From positions 22,320,001 through 22,384,000 of the forward strand of contig OX597820.1 of the NCBI GenBank assembly GCA_951406725.2: a stretch of 64,000 nt of DNA. The letters run 5' to 3'. Numbering within the stretch: the first letter of the stretch is position 1; each line of letters starts with the position of its first letter. The position numbers were made by a program, and so were the translations under genes. The stretch comes from Octopus vulgaris. Lineage: Eukaryota. Under the pieces are notes generated by a model. It saw only the letters and a list, made by a program, of their open reading frames with translations. It ran no database searches and was not told where the DNA came from. Positions 13,320-25,378 of the stretch are shown piece after piece.

Positions 13320-13524
13320 CAGCCGTTCAAGAATTTGGATCTGGAGATCTCCGTTTCCAGCAACTTTGAGGGCCACCTCCCAGCGGTGTCGGGCGTCAAT
13401 GAAGAGCCCTCAACTACAACAAGACAACCAAAGTTTTTTTTTTCCAAGGTCTAGGGTCTCCCGCCCCTAAGCCCTAGACCATCACCTAATCACCCTTATC
13501 TGTCTTGTTGCTTAACAACAACAA
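13320..13524 (+). mobile_element. Retroposon X, copy 2, inserted into a SINE A
   Basis: TSD caccttggg (13311-13319 / 13525-13533) splits the CORE motif of the host SINE. It has an (AAC)n tail. Confidence 0.85.
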
Positions 13525-14248
13525 CACCTTGGGCAAATGTCTTTTACTAAGCTCTGAGCTGACCAATGCTTTGTGAGTAAATTTGGCTGAAGGAAACTGT
13601 GTGGAAACCCATCACATGTGTGTGTGTGCCTCAACACTTGGCAACCAGTGTCAGTTTGTTTACATCCTCATAACAACGGTGGTTCAGCAACAACAACAAA
13701 ATGTAGTACCAGACTTTAAAAAGGAAAAAAAAAAGGGGTTGATTTGTTCAACTAAACCCTTCAAGACACTGCCTCAGCATGGCCGCTATCCAATGACTGA
13801 CACAAGTTACAAAGAATTATTTAAAATATGCAATGAAACATTTCTTCATGACTTTGCTATTTCTTATCTTCTTCACAAATATTTGTGACGAGAATATGAT
13901 AGGTCTTTTGTATTCCTCTCTATGTCCTCTGGTTTCAGTGCCAACTAGTAACCGTACTCGTTATCTACTTCATAAAACAAGTTGCCACTCTCTGTGTGGT
14001 ATTTTGTAAAGTATCTGATTAATCATCTTTTGAAACTAGTTCTGTGTTTTAATTTCAGCTATTGATATAAATCATTTTTATTCATGTAGGTTCATCTACC
14101 TCTCTGTCTATTTGTCTGTCTTTCTCTGTCTGGCTGTCTGTCCATCTGTCTGTTTGTCTGTCTCTGTATCTATCTATCTGTCTATCTCTCTCTATTTATG
14201 TCTGTCTCTGTCTATGCTAGTCTGTATATCTCTCATACTATCTATATA

Positions 14249-14288
<40 letters not shown>

Positions 14289-14357
14289 ATATTTATATTC
14301 TGAACAAAACGGGGTTCCAGACTGTGAAAACTGACAGTAAGGACATACCATGACTAT

Positions 14358-14680
14358 CACCATGATCACCATGACCGACCAGGCCATCAGATGTGGCTAC
14401 ACATCGCTGGTCACAATGCGCTTCACATTGTTTTAGCCTTCAAATGACACCACCCCGCTGGCTAAGCAAGCAGGCGAACAGAAGAAAGAGTGAGAGAAAG
14501 TAGTGGCGAAAGAGTACAGCAGGGATCGACACCCACTCACCCCCGGCCCCCTCCAGAGCCTTGTGGAGCTTTAGGTGTTTTCGCTCAATAAACACTCACA
14601 ATGCCCGGTCTGGGAATCGAAACCGCGATCCTACGACCACGAGTCCGCTGCCCTAACCACTGGGCCATTGCGCCTCCACA
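14358..14680 (-). mobile_element. SINE C with tail ending (catggtgat)n
   Basis: TSD accatgactat. Matches 48561-48865. Confidence 0.85.
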
Positions 14681-15362
14681 CCATGACTATATACACTTTT
14701 AAATACACAACTGCTGGACAACTGAGAAAGGTCTTTTATCCTTAACCCTTTTAAACCAAGACACCTTCAGCTTTTTTTATATATTCCTTTATGATACTAA
14801 ATAGTTGTTTGGTAGCAATGAATAGTTGCATTAATCTGGGTTGTTTTGTTTCTGTATCTTACCAGTACCATAGATTACAGGATGGGAGTGCAAAGCAGTG
14901 ATGTGTATAAATGCAATGTTATTGCCAGTTCAAATATGCTTGTCTGTGCTTTGTCATGCAGAAAATTTCTTGTTGTAGACAAGTGGTGTTACTACACCTA
15001 AATCAGCTCACAGTGCCACCGATCCAGACTGTAAGATGCAAGCATTTCAAAGTGGTTATCCCCTCTTCAGTCACAGAAACCATACAAGGGTGTTGTAAGC
15101 TGATAAGAGGGATTGTCTCTCTTATTCTGTTTCGGTCATCTTACAATGACTGGTAGTACTAATCAGTAGCTCACTGTAAGCAAATTATAGGGTGGAAGCA
15201 CCTGATTCAGGTGTATTTACACCATTTGTCTTACAAGTATATTTGAACTGGTAATAACCTTTCTACTATAGGCACAAGGCCTGAAATTTGGTGAGGAGGA
15301 GGCTAGTCGATTATAGGGTGGGAGCACCTGATTTAGGTCTGTTTACACCATTTGTCTTACAA

Positions 15363-15440
15363 TCGGAAATTTTCTCCATGACAAAATGCAATGAATGGCT
15401 TGCATACAAGTTCAAACATGTCACAAGCATATTTGAACTG
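15363..15440 (+). pseudogene. Dead duplicate of the 78-nt exon (acceptor AG->AA)
   Basis: Encodes SEIFSMTKCNEWLAYKFKHVTSIFEL and is preceded by ttgtcttacAA instead of ttgtcttgcAG. Confidence 0.45.
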
Positions 15441-15454
15441 GTAAACACCTTTCT

Positions 15455-15705
15455 GAGAAGGCACGTGGCTTAGTGGTTAGGGTGTCCGCATCATGATCGT
15501 AAGATTGTGGTTTCGATTTCTGGACCAGGGGATGCGTTGTGTTCTTGAGCAAAACACTTCATTTTCACGTTGCTCCAGTCCACTCAGCTGGCAAAAAGGA
15601 GTAACGCTGCAATGGACTGGCGTCCCATCCAGCTGGGGAACACATACTCCATGGAAACCGGGAAACCAGGCCTGTGAGCCTGGCTAGGCTTTAAAAGGGC
15701 GCATT
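15455..15705 (+). mobile_element. SINE D
   Basis: TSD acctttct. Nearly identical to 50107-50355. Confidence 0.85.
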
Positions 15706-15815
15706 TAATGACCTTTCTACTATAGGCACAAGGCCTGAAATTTGGATGGGGGAGACTAGTCGATTACAGGGTGGAAGCACCAGATTAAGGTGTATTTACA
15801 CCATTTGTCTTGCAG

Positions 15816-15893
15816 CGAGAAATTTTCTCCATGACAAAACACAGTGAATGGCTTGCATACAAGCTCAAACATGCCCGAAGCATATTTGAACTG
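15816..15893 (+). CDS. Putative 78-nt symmetric coding exon (REIFSMTKHSEWLAYKLKHARSIFEL), gene unidentified
   Basis: Acceptor tttacaccatttgtcttgcAG, donor GTAATA, and only frame 0 open. Confidence 0.5.
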
Positions 15894-16539
15894 GTAATAA
15901 CTTTTCTACTATAGGCACAACTGGTAATAACATTGCAATTAGTACCATAGATGTTTGGAGGGCCAAGCTATCCTACATACAACAAAGGGGTAGATGTTAA
16001 TTAAGCATTAACAGCAGTAATTAAATATATTTAGTTTGATTTTTAGCTGAGCAACGTTTGTCATTGCTAACTGTGATGAATTTTTTGTTACCATCTAGAA
16101 TATGATAACAGTAACCTAATGTATTTGCTTTGTACACAAGAATTACAAACAGGTTGGTCTTATCACTTTCGCATATTACAACTTTGTGGTCATTTGTTTG
16201 TTCTTGCAGAGTGAGTTTAAAACTCTTGTTAAGTGCATTATTGTTGCAGTTGTATCTATTTGATTTTCATGACTAAACCTGAAATCAGGTGGATGTGGCT
16301 CAGGCTTCTTAGCCACACAGCTATGTGCTTGTTTACATATATGTTTGTGTGTGTGTATGTGTGTATATATATATATATATATATTTATATAATACGTAGT
16401 GTTTTTACTATTATATTTATCATTCTTTTTATACTTTTGATAAGAAAAAAAATTTTTTAATTTAAAAAAAAATTCAAAATAAATTTTAAAATTTTATATA
16501 TATATTATATACTATATTAATTATATTTATATTATTTGT

Positions 16540-16700
16540 TATTTATGTATTGGTTTATGTCTATCACTGTTTGAGTTGCCTAATAGTGGTTTTATCTCTA
16601 TTTCATATTTTATATATATATATATATAATATAATATTAAATTAGAGATAAAACCACTATTAGGTAAATCAGTGAAGAACATAAGCCAATACGTAAAATT
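16540..16700. repeat. AT-rich palindromic element centred on (TA)n
   Basis: Perfect 22-bp inverted repeat cctaatagtggttttatctcta / tagagataaaaccactattagg, extending imperfectly outward. Confidence 0.8.
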
Positions 16701-17274
16701 AATTTAAAAATATAAAAGTTAAAAATAAAAAATTATTTAAATAATTTAAACTTATAAATTTTATCTATATATACAAATATATATATGTATGTATGTATAT
16801 TTTTATATTTATATATTATATATTATATATTATTTTATAATATATATATGAGGTTTTATAACTAGCTATTCTGCTTGTTGCAAATCAGTGACCAATGGTC
16901 ACTTTCTTTACAATATATTGTTGGTAGAATTGGATATTAGCTATCACTCTAGTGTGCAGGTGCCCACAGCGGAGGATGAACCAAATAGCTTGAAACTGAA
17001 TCAGTCCCGCTGGAGGGTAGTAGGGGCTCACTCCCCCTGCTAGCGATATATCGTATATAAATTGTGCAGAGCGTCGCACCGAATACCAGCTGGAGGAGAA
17101 TCTCAATGATGATGATGGGATGCACATGAACCTGGGCAACACAATTTTTTTGTTTATCTTACTTAGCAAGATATTTAACCCTTAGTTAAACCCCGACAGG
17201 GCCCGATTTATCAGCTGAAAAGCTAAATGACAAGATTGTCTTAGTCCATTCAATTTCCTACCAGAATATAATGA

Positions 17275-17641
17275 CGCCGTGGTGATCTCATTCTCGCTCA
17301 CAACATCATAAGCGGAAAGTGTAACCTCTCGAAAGAGCTGTTCTTCACTCCTGCTCCAGTGCGTGGGCTGCGGGGTCACTCCGAAAAGCTCTATCTACGA
17401 CGATTTCATCTCAATCAAAGGAGAGGGGCTTTCTCCATCCGGGTTGCGGATCCATGGAATAAGCTGCCGGACGAGATAGTGAAGATGCCGATGGCCGCTC
17501 GGTTCAAAGTCTCTCTTGACCAGAAATGGCCTGATCTCTTTGTATGACCACCCTCCCTGTACATAACTCCCTGTCCCCCCTACATGGCCTTGCTTTTGCT
17601 TTTTGAGCCAATAAAAATTAAATTAAATTAAATTAAATTAA
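17275..17641 (+). mobile_element. 5'-truncated CR1-clade LINE 3' end (ORF2 C-terminus + UTR + (TAAAT)n tail)
   Basis: RRGDLI…RGHSEKL…FSIRVADPWNKLP…FKVSLD are typical CR1 ORF2 C-terminal motifs. Confidence 0.85.
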
Positions 17642-18407
17642 ACATAGTTTTACATATGTAAAGTAATTGCTTTATTTTTTAATAATTCTTTTTGAAAAAT
17701 AAGTGCGTGCCCTCTTGTAGGGCTTGTGAAAAGGGTTCTGTCTTCTTGGCACTGAGACACCAAATGGGTTAATGACTGAGAAAGCACAATGATTAAACAA
17801 ATAATCTATGCTTATGACTTCCATGTCATAAAAATGTGAGGTCAAACCCTTATCTGGTGAAATACACAGAACTGGAAAATCAGGAAGCCTAGATACTCCC
17901 CCTGCCCATACCCACACCACCCCACTGCCTGCAATTATTTCATTTATTTATTTATGTCTGTCTGTCAAGGATGAAAGGGCAGCACTCCTGACCCCTTTAT
18001 CTTTTCAAGGACTCCAGAACTGTTGGGAAGATGGGATGGGGGTTATCCTGTCCCTTCTCCCTCCTCCTAGCACTTACAACAGATTAAATAACGCAAAGAA
18101 AATTCTGTGGGTGGTGCATCGTTTGACTGGATATTTTGTATGTATGGAGGACAGTTCATTAGCACAGGTTTAGGCATTGTTTGTTTTGGTTTTTGGTTGA
18201 TTTCATTTTCTTCTTTTATCTTCATTCTTGTAGTATTATGGTGCCGTTATTGTGTTGTTGTTGTTGTTGTTGGCGGTGCTGGTGCTGGTGGGAGTGTTGT
18301 TGCTTAGCTCATCCTTTCTGATTACTCTCCCTTGGCAAAACTTTTTCACATCAAAAATTCTTGCAAAACAAATAACTATACATAACACACGCATGCACTC
18401 ACATGCA

Positions 18408-18840
18408 CACACAAATATATATACATACATATTACACATACACATGGAGAGTGTGTGTGTATGTGATGTTGTCATCATCATCATCCTTGTTGTGGTCATA
18501 TATATACATACATACATATTATACACAAATATATATACATACATATTACACTTACATATACATGGAGAGTGTGTGTGTGTGTGATGTTGTCATCATCATC
18601 ATCCTTGTTGTGGTCATATATATACATACATACATATTATACACAAATATATATACATACATATTACACTTACATATACATGGAGAGTGTGTGTGTATGT
18701 GATGTTGTCATCATCATCATCCTTGTTGTGGTCATATATATACATACATACATATTATACACAAATATATATACATACATATTACACTTACATATACATA
18801 CATATTACACTTACATATACATGGAGTGTGTGTGTGTGTG
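18408..18840. repeat. ~118-bp tandem repeat (about 3.7 copies) built from microsatellite blocks
   Basis: Repeated catggagagtgtgtg…gatgttgtcatcatcatcatccttgttgtggtcatata. Confidence 0.9.
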
Positions 18841-18847
18841 TGTGTAT

Positions 18848-19249
18848 TCTTTTACTCATTTATTTGTTCCAGTCATTTGACTGCAGCCATGCTGGAGCAC
18901 TGCTTTTAGTCAAGCAAATCTACCTCAGGACTTATTTTTCTAAGCCTAATACTTCGTCTATCAGTCTCTTTTGCCAAATCGCTGTTACCGGGACGTAAGC
19001 ACACCAGCATTGGTTGTCAAGCAATGTTGGGGGGACAGAGACACACAAACATATACATACATGCATACATACATACATACACACATATATGGGCTTCCTT
19101 CGGGTTCTGTGTACCAAATCTACTCACAAGGCTTTGGTCGGCCCAAGGCCATAGTAGAAGACCCCCTTGGCCAAGGTGCCAAGCAGTGAGACTGAACGTG
19201 GAATCATGTGGTTGGTAAGCAAGCTACTTACCACACAGCCACTCCTGCA

Positions 19250-19252
<3 letters not shown>
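18848..19252 (-). mobile_element. SINE A
   Basis: Full head, body and tail. Confidence 0.9.
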
Positions 19253-19298
<46 letters not shown>

Positions 19299-19974
19299 TC
19301 ATGGTTCTTCCTTAAAAGTGTAAGCAGATTTCATCATTTTTGTTTGTGGATTGGTGTACTTATGTGTATATATCATTGCATTGTCTCTCTGTACGTATTC
19401 CTCAGTATGTGTGTGTGTGTATATACACAGTGTGTGTGCATGCATGTATGTATACAAATGTGTATGCACAACCAGAAGGGGAAAGGTCTTTTCTCGCTCC
19501 CACCCTCACTCTCTCTCTCTCTCTCTCTCTCTGTCTATCTCTCTCTTGATTATTCCTTCATGACTCCAACAAGGCTATCAGGTTATGGTATTTTCATAAT
19601 GTCCCTTATTATCTTACCATACTTCCTACCTAGTATCTGTCATTGTTCTTTGTACTGTCTAATTCATCTATGTGTTGCTGAAGATGCTGCTGATAGTGGT
19701 GGTGCCGGTGGCAGCAGCGGTGTCTGCAGCAGCGGTGTCTGCAGCAGCAGCAACAACAACAACAACAACAGTAGTGGAAGCAGCAGGGGCGAGTTACTGG
19801 CAGAAATGATGTGTAATCAACAGAACAATTATACATAAAGTAGAATAAATTTTAGATATTTTTTTATCGCTGGCTTCCATCCCTACCTTGTCTTCTAAAA
19901 CGCAAATAAAAACCAAAAGACCTTTACAAAAATACATCTTATCCTTATGGGTTTTCTTTTTTTTTTTTTTTTTT

Positions 19975-20601
19975 ACTCTTTTACTTCTTGCACTCTTTAG
20001 ATTGTAGCCATGAAACCTTGAAGAATTTTAATAAAATATATCGACCCCTGTACTATAATTTGAAGTCTGGTACTCATTTTATTGATCGTTTTCGCTGAAC
20101 CACTAAGTTATAGGGATGTAAACAAACTAATACTGGTTATCGAGCAATGGTGAAAGAAAAACACACACACACGTATTGTTTCAGTCATTGTGACTGTGGC
20201 CATGCTGGAGCAACAACTTTTTTTTTAGTCGAGCAAATCGACCCCAGGACTTATTCTTTGTAAGCCTAGTACTTATTCTATCGGTCTTTTTTGCCGAACC
20301 GCTAAGTTACGGGGACGTAAACACACCAGCATCGGTTGTCAAGCTATATTGGGGGGGGTGACAAACACAGACACACAAACATATACACACACACACATAA
20401 TATATACATACATATATACGGCAGGATTCTTTCAGTTTCTGTCTACCAAATCAACTCACAAGGCTTTGGTCGGCCCAAGGCTATAGTAGAAGACACTTGC
20501 CCAAGGTGCCACGCAGTGGGACTGAACCCAGGACCAGGTGGTTGGTAAGCAAGCTACTTACCACACAGCCACTCCTGCGCCTATTATATATATATTATAT
20601 C

Positions 20602-20641
<40 letters not shown>

Positions 20642-21030
20642 AGGCTTTCTCACAGTTTCCATCTCACAAGGCTTTGATTGATCCAAGGCTGTAGTAGGAG
20701 ACACTTGCACAAAGTGCCAGACAGTGGGACTGAACCCAAAACCATATGGTTGCAAAGCAAACTTCTTAACCACACAGCTTGCCTGTGCCTAGGGTTAGGG
20801 AGTGATGTAATTGACTGCTCCCCCACCCCAATTGTCAAGGTTTACAGATATCCATGCATGCACATGCACACATGTGCACACCATACTTCTTGCAGTTCCT
20901 GTCCACCAAGTTCCTTCACAAGGCATTGGTCAGCTTGGGGCTACAGTAAAAAGACATCCTAGGTGACACTAGGATTGAACTCCAGACCATGTGATTAAAA
21001 AGGAATCTTCTGAACCATGAACCTTTGCCT
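19975..21030 (-). mobile_element. SINE A cluster (full copy about 20177-20582 plus partial copies)
   Basis: Repeated A modules. Confidence 0.85.
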
Positions 21031-21049
21031 GAACTTGTGTGTCTTCTTT

Positions 21050-21337
21050 TTCTTCTTCTTACAGCATTCACCCAGGGTGGGTTGAGCTGGCTTCATTCAT
21101 CCTTAATGCTGCATCTCTCACAAACGCCGACCAGACCTGGCGATTTGAGGCTAACGACCTCGTGATCTCCAACCACTCCTTATTCCAGCAGCAAACGCCG
21201 TAGATATGGGGGTCTAGGTTGGGTTCCAGATCAGCCTTGACTGTCATCAGCCAGGTTTTTCGTTGTCCAGCACATCGCTTTCGCCAACCCTAAAGGGGAG
21301 CTGGGGCATTTGCTTCGTAGATGAATTCTCCTGGTTG
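21050..21337 (-). mobile_element. RTE-clade LINE 3' fragment
   Basis: The minus strand translates GWRKRCAGQRKTWLMTVKADLEP…WNKEWLEITRSLASNRQVWSAFVRDA…SSTHPG*, followed by a (GAA)n tail. This is an RTE C-terminal pattern. Confidence 0.8.
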
Positions 21338-21662
21338 TTTTTGTATGTGTGGTGTTCCTTCATGTTGTGTCTAACGGATTATCCTACTGCGAAGTGTTAG
21401 CTAAGGAGATCAACAACAAAATAATCACCTGACTAGAATAAGTATTAGAGGGTCTGTATGACTGACTAAAACTGTTACAGCCAATGTGTTCCAGCATGGC
21501 CAGAATTCAATTAAAGAACACTATATGTACATGTATGCTAGCAATTGTATAAATGTATGGCAGTGTACTCTTACATCACAATAGCTGTTTTCTGACTGGG
21601 TACTATTTATATCCGCCCTCTTCCAACCCCTGTCTCTTGTCCTCTTTCTCTCTCTCAGCCTC

Positions 21663-21715
<53 letters not shown>

Positions 21716-23029
21716 GTGTCTATCTGAATCTGTGTCCCTCTCATTATGATCTACTTAGAGAGCTGCTTCCTGAAACCAGATAAGGGTTTGACCTCACATT
21801 TTATTTTCAAAGAAGTTTTTATCCCAACATTATACTGCATAATACCGCACTGAGCTAATTCAGTTTCTCCATTTACTTGGTTGCCTAACAATGCTGTACT
21901 ATTGGCATAATAGCAAACTGATACTTACCATAATTAGTTGAGAATTTGAGATTCTATACTTCAAATCCTGCTTTAAGTGAAAGTTCACGTATACTTATTA
22001 ATCTCTTTTTGTTGCCATATTTCTTTTGAAATACACTGCCTTTCTTTCAACAAATTTTGAAAGTAATTAAGAAATATGTAATGAAAACAAGCTGCTGAAA
22101 AGGGGTTCCTCCATAGGATCTCTGGAGTAGGAGTGAAGACCTTCTTTGGTCACGAATGACCATGGAATTGAACCTAGAAAGTTCCCCTCTGAGATACAAA
22201 TCCTAGCAAGGTTGTTTGTAGAAGACCAATAATTGCCCACACATAACAGTCTCCCCTCTCAATGCCACCAATGTGGTCCATGGGAAAGGCAAAGGCCAAT
22301 ACAGCTTGGCACCAGTTATGTCGCAACTCATTTAAACAACTGAGTGAACTAGAGCAATGTGAAATAAAGTGTCTTGCTTAAGAAAACAAGGTGCTTGATA
22401 TAATGTTAGAATCATTAGCATGTCAGACTAAGTGTCTTACTGTAATTAACTCTGGCCTTTACATTTTCTGAGTTCAAATTCTGCTCAGGTTAGTTTTGCT
22501 TTTCATGCTTCTGGGATTCTGGCTCAATTTAATCAGTTATACTCTCCTACTAAATATTTCACCTTGTACCAGTATCAGAAATCAATATTAATCATTGCAA
22601 TATTAGGCCATTTGACCTAAATCCTCTCCTACATTTTAAACTTGTAACTTCGGCATTGATTTTACAATAATAATAATAATCCTTTCTACTAATGACACAA
22701 GGTCTGAAATTTTGCGGGAGGGGACTAGTTGATTACATAGACCCCCAGCATTTCACTGGTACTTAATTTATCAACCCCGAAAGGATGAAAGGCAAAGTCA
22801 ACCCTGGCAGAATTTGAAATCAGAATGTAATGACATTCGAAATATCGTGCAGCATTTTTCCCAGCATACTAACAATCCTTTGCTGCTTCATGTAATAATA
22901 ATAATAATGATAATAATAATAATAATAGTTGTAGACCTTGGCAGAATTTTGAACTTAGAACAAAGCAGAAGATGAAATGTTGCTAAGCATTTTGCTCAGC
23001 ATGCTAACAATTTGGCCAGCTCACTACCA

Positions 23030-23320
23030 TAATAATAACAAGAGCAATAATAATAACAACAACAACAATAGCAACAACAACAATAGCAACAATAATAATA
23101 ACAATAACAACAACAATAATAACAACAACAATAATAACAATAACAACAATAATAACAACAACAACAACAACAACAACAAAGCAACAACAACAACAACAAC
23201 AATAATAAAAACAACAACAACAACAATAATGATAACAATAGTAATAACAATAATAACAACAAAAATAACAACAATAATAATAAGAACAACAATAACAACA
23301 ACAACAACAATAATAATAAT
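23030..23320. repeat. Long compound (AAC)n/(AAT)n microsatellite
   Basis: Seen directly. Confidence 0.95.
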
Positions 23321-23660
23321 CCTTTCTATTATAGGCACAAGGCCTGAAATTTTGTGGGAGGGGATTAGTCGATTACATTGACTCCAGTGCATAACTGGTA
23401 CTTATTTCATCGATCCCGAAAGGATGAAAGGCAAAACCAACCTCAGCAGAATCTGAACTCACGAAATACCATTAAGCATTTCATCCAGTAATAATAATGA
23501 TGATAATAAAAAGTTATCTACTTAATCTTGCTTCCCCACCACATGGTTCTAAGTTCAGTTCCCCTGTGTGACACCTTGGGCAAGTGTCTTCTACTAGAAC
23601 CTTGGGTTGACCAAAGCTTTGTTAGTGGATTTGGAAGATGGAAACTGAAAGAAGCCTGTC

Positions 23661-24085
23661 ATAGGAGTGGCTGTGTGGTAAGTAGCTCGCTTACCAACCA
23701 CATGGTTCCAGGTTCAGTCCCACTGCGTGGCACTTTGGGCAAGTGTCTTCTACTATAGCCTCAGGCCGACCAAAGCCTTGTGAGTGGATTTGGTAGACGG
23801 AAACTCAAAGAAACCCATCGTATATATATATATATATATATATATGTATGCATGTGTGTGTATATGTTTGGGTGTCTGTGTTTGTCCCCACCCCACCCCA
23901 ACATTGCTTGACAACCGATGCTGGTGTGCTTACGTCCCCCGTAACTTAGCGGTTCGGCAAAAGAGACTGATAGAATAAGTACTAGGCTTACAAAGAATAA
24001 GTCCTGGGGTTGATTTGCTCATCTAAAGGCGGTGCTCCAGCATGGCCACAGTCACATGACTGAAACAAGTAAAAATGTAAAAGAA
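23661..24085 (+). mobile_element. SINE A (nested in an older A copy)
   Basis: Full length, flanked by an older head (about 23530) and tail (about 24090-24250). Confidence 0.85.
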
Positions 24086-24318
24086 TCTATGTCTGTGTCC
24101 CCTACCACCATTTAACAAGTGGTGTTATGTTTAGGTCCCCATAAATTAGCAGACTGTACTGGAGTTGATTCATTCAACTAAAAATCCTTCAAGGTAGTGC
24201 CCCAGCATGGTCGCAGTCTAATGACTGAAACAAGTAAAAGACAAAAGATGTTCAGCAAAAAATGAAAAGAAGAAATTGTAAAAAAATTGTATTCTGTTCA
24301 TTTTAACTTTATTCCCTA

Positions 24319-24714
24319 CTAGCTGTATAGCCTGGCATTGCTCGGGTTTGTTTCCTTTTCAACCCTTTAGAATTGGAATTTTTGAAAAGTAAAAATTTTG
24401 CATTATGTAGCTTGTTATTCTCTTTAAGTGAACACTTTTCTGGTTGAAATACAATGAAAAATGGCGACACAGCAGTCAAAACAAACATAAAAAATAGGGA
24501 TTTTCATAGAAAAAAAAGCACCTTTTTTATGTAAATAATTTTTAGTCTTAACATGGTCCAATTTGAATTTTTCTTCTACGGAATGAAGAGCAAGCCTTCT
24601 TCTATCATACTATCAATTTTGGTCAACTTGCGCCGCAGGGTCTCGGAGGAGATAGTGTTAGTTGAAGGCTACCAAACCTGCCACATACAGACAATTCAGC
24701 TTTATATATATAGA
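24319..24714 (-). mobile_element. Non-autonomous Helitron, family H
   Basis: Minus strand reads A|TC…hairpin…CTAG|T with no TSD. Four copies in the window. Confidence 0.8.
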
Positions 24715-25159
24715 TTAGATAATTTGTCTATAACCCCACACCCACTCCCACTCATTTTTTGTTACTTGATCCTTCAGCTTAAGCTAAACTCCTTGTAATT
24801 TCCCCTAACATACTTACTTAGCTTGCCTTTGTGGTAACTATTAACAGCACTGTTCTGCCAATTATTAGGAAAAGCTGCATGCATGGGGATATGGTTAAAA
24901 TGTTCACCTCACAGCTATATGAATTTGACTTCCATCTTGCTGTGTGGCCCCCACAAAGGTAAGTTTGAGCTGGTGTAGTCTTGAGTCAACAAATGGCTTG
25001 TGAGTGGAATTTGGTTGACAGAAACTCTACTGAAGCCTGTCCCGTGTGTGTGTGTGTTGTGTGTTAACATTTATGGTCTGTGACTTAGTGGCTCAACTAA
25101 TAGGAATCAATAAAATAAGTACTGGAATTAAGAATAAGCACTGGGGTCAGTATGGTTAA

Positions 25160-25378
25160 CCCTTTAGTATTTAAACCAGCCATATCCGGCCAAAATAGCT
25201 AATCTGTTTTATGTTCAAACTGACCAGCTCCAGGCTCTCACACCTACCCTACAATGTTATTCTACATTAAGTGATTACACCATCAAGCTCTTGATGATAT
25301 GAGATAATGCATGATCAGTTCAAATCAATGTGAATCAATAAGTATTATGTTTGATTGAATAATCTGAACACTAAAGGG
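25160..25378. mobile_element. piggyBac-type MITE family G
   Basis: TTAA TSD on both sides and TIR CCCTTTAGT. Relatives at about 10971, 29990-30218 and 61503-62152. Confidence 0.85.

Larger units (their letters stand above)
15186..15930 (+). repeat. Local triplication of a ~200-bp unit (exon + SINE B tail fragment)
   Basis: Three copies of agggtgg(a/g)agcacc…tttacaccatttgtctt…atatttgaactggtaa…ttttct/ctttct. Confidence 0.85.

Noticed and set aside
13460-13480. ccctaagcccta as a telomerase-template-like motif in element X
   Set aside because: It does not match a TTAGGG template exactly and there is no supporting pseudoknot or H/ACA evidence.
13939-13998. 60-nt exon candidate after a good acceptor
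   Set aside because: The donor is weak (GTATTT), two frames are open, and no homology was recognised.
16153-16210. 58-nt exon candidate with donor GTGAGT
   Set aside because: The acceptor is weak and the frame ambiguous. Unsupported, though not excluded.
19167-19838. 223-aa ORF
   Set aside because: It runs through a SINE end, (TA)n, (CT)n and CAG/AAC repeats and has no domain.
22977-23392. Poly-N/T/L ORFs
   Set aside because: Trinucleotide microsatellite.
24914-24964. AG…GTAAGT exon-like segment
   Set aside because: It lies in a degraded SINE A head.
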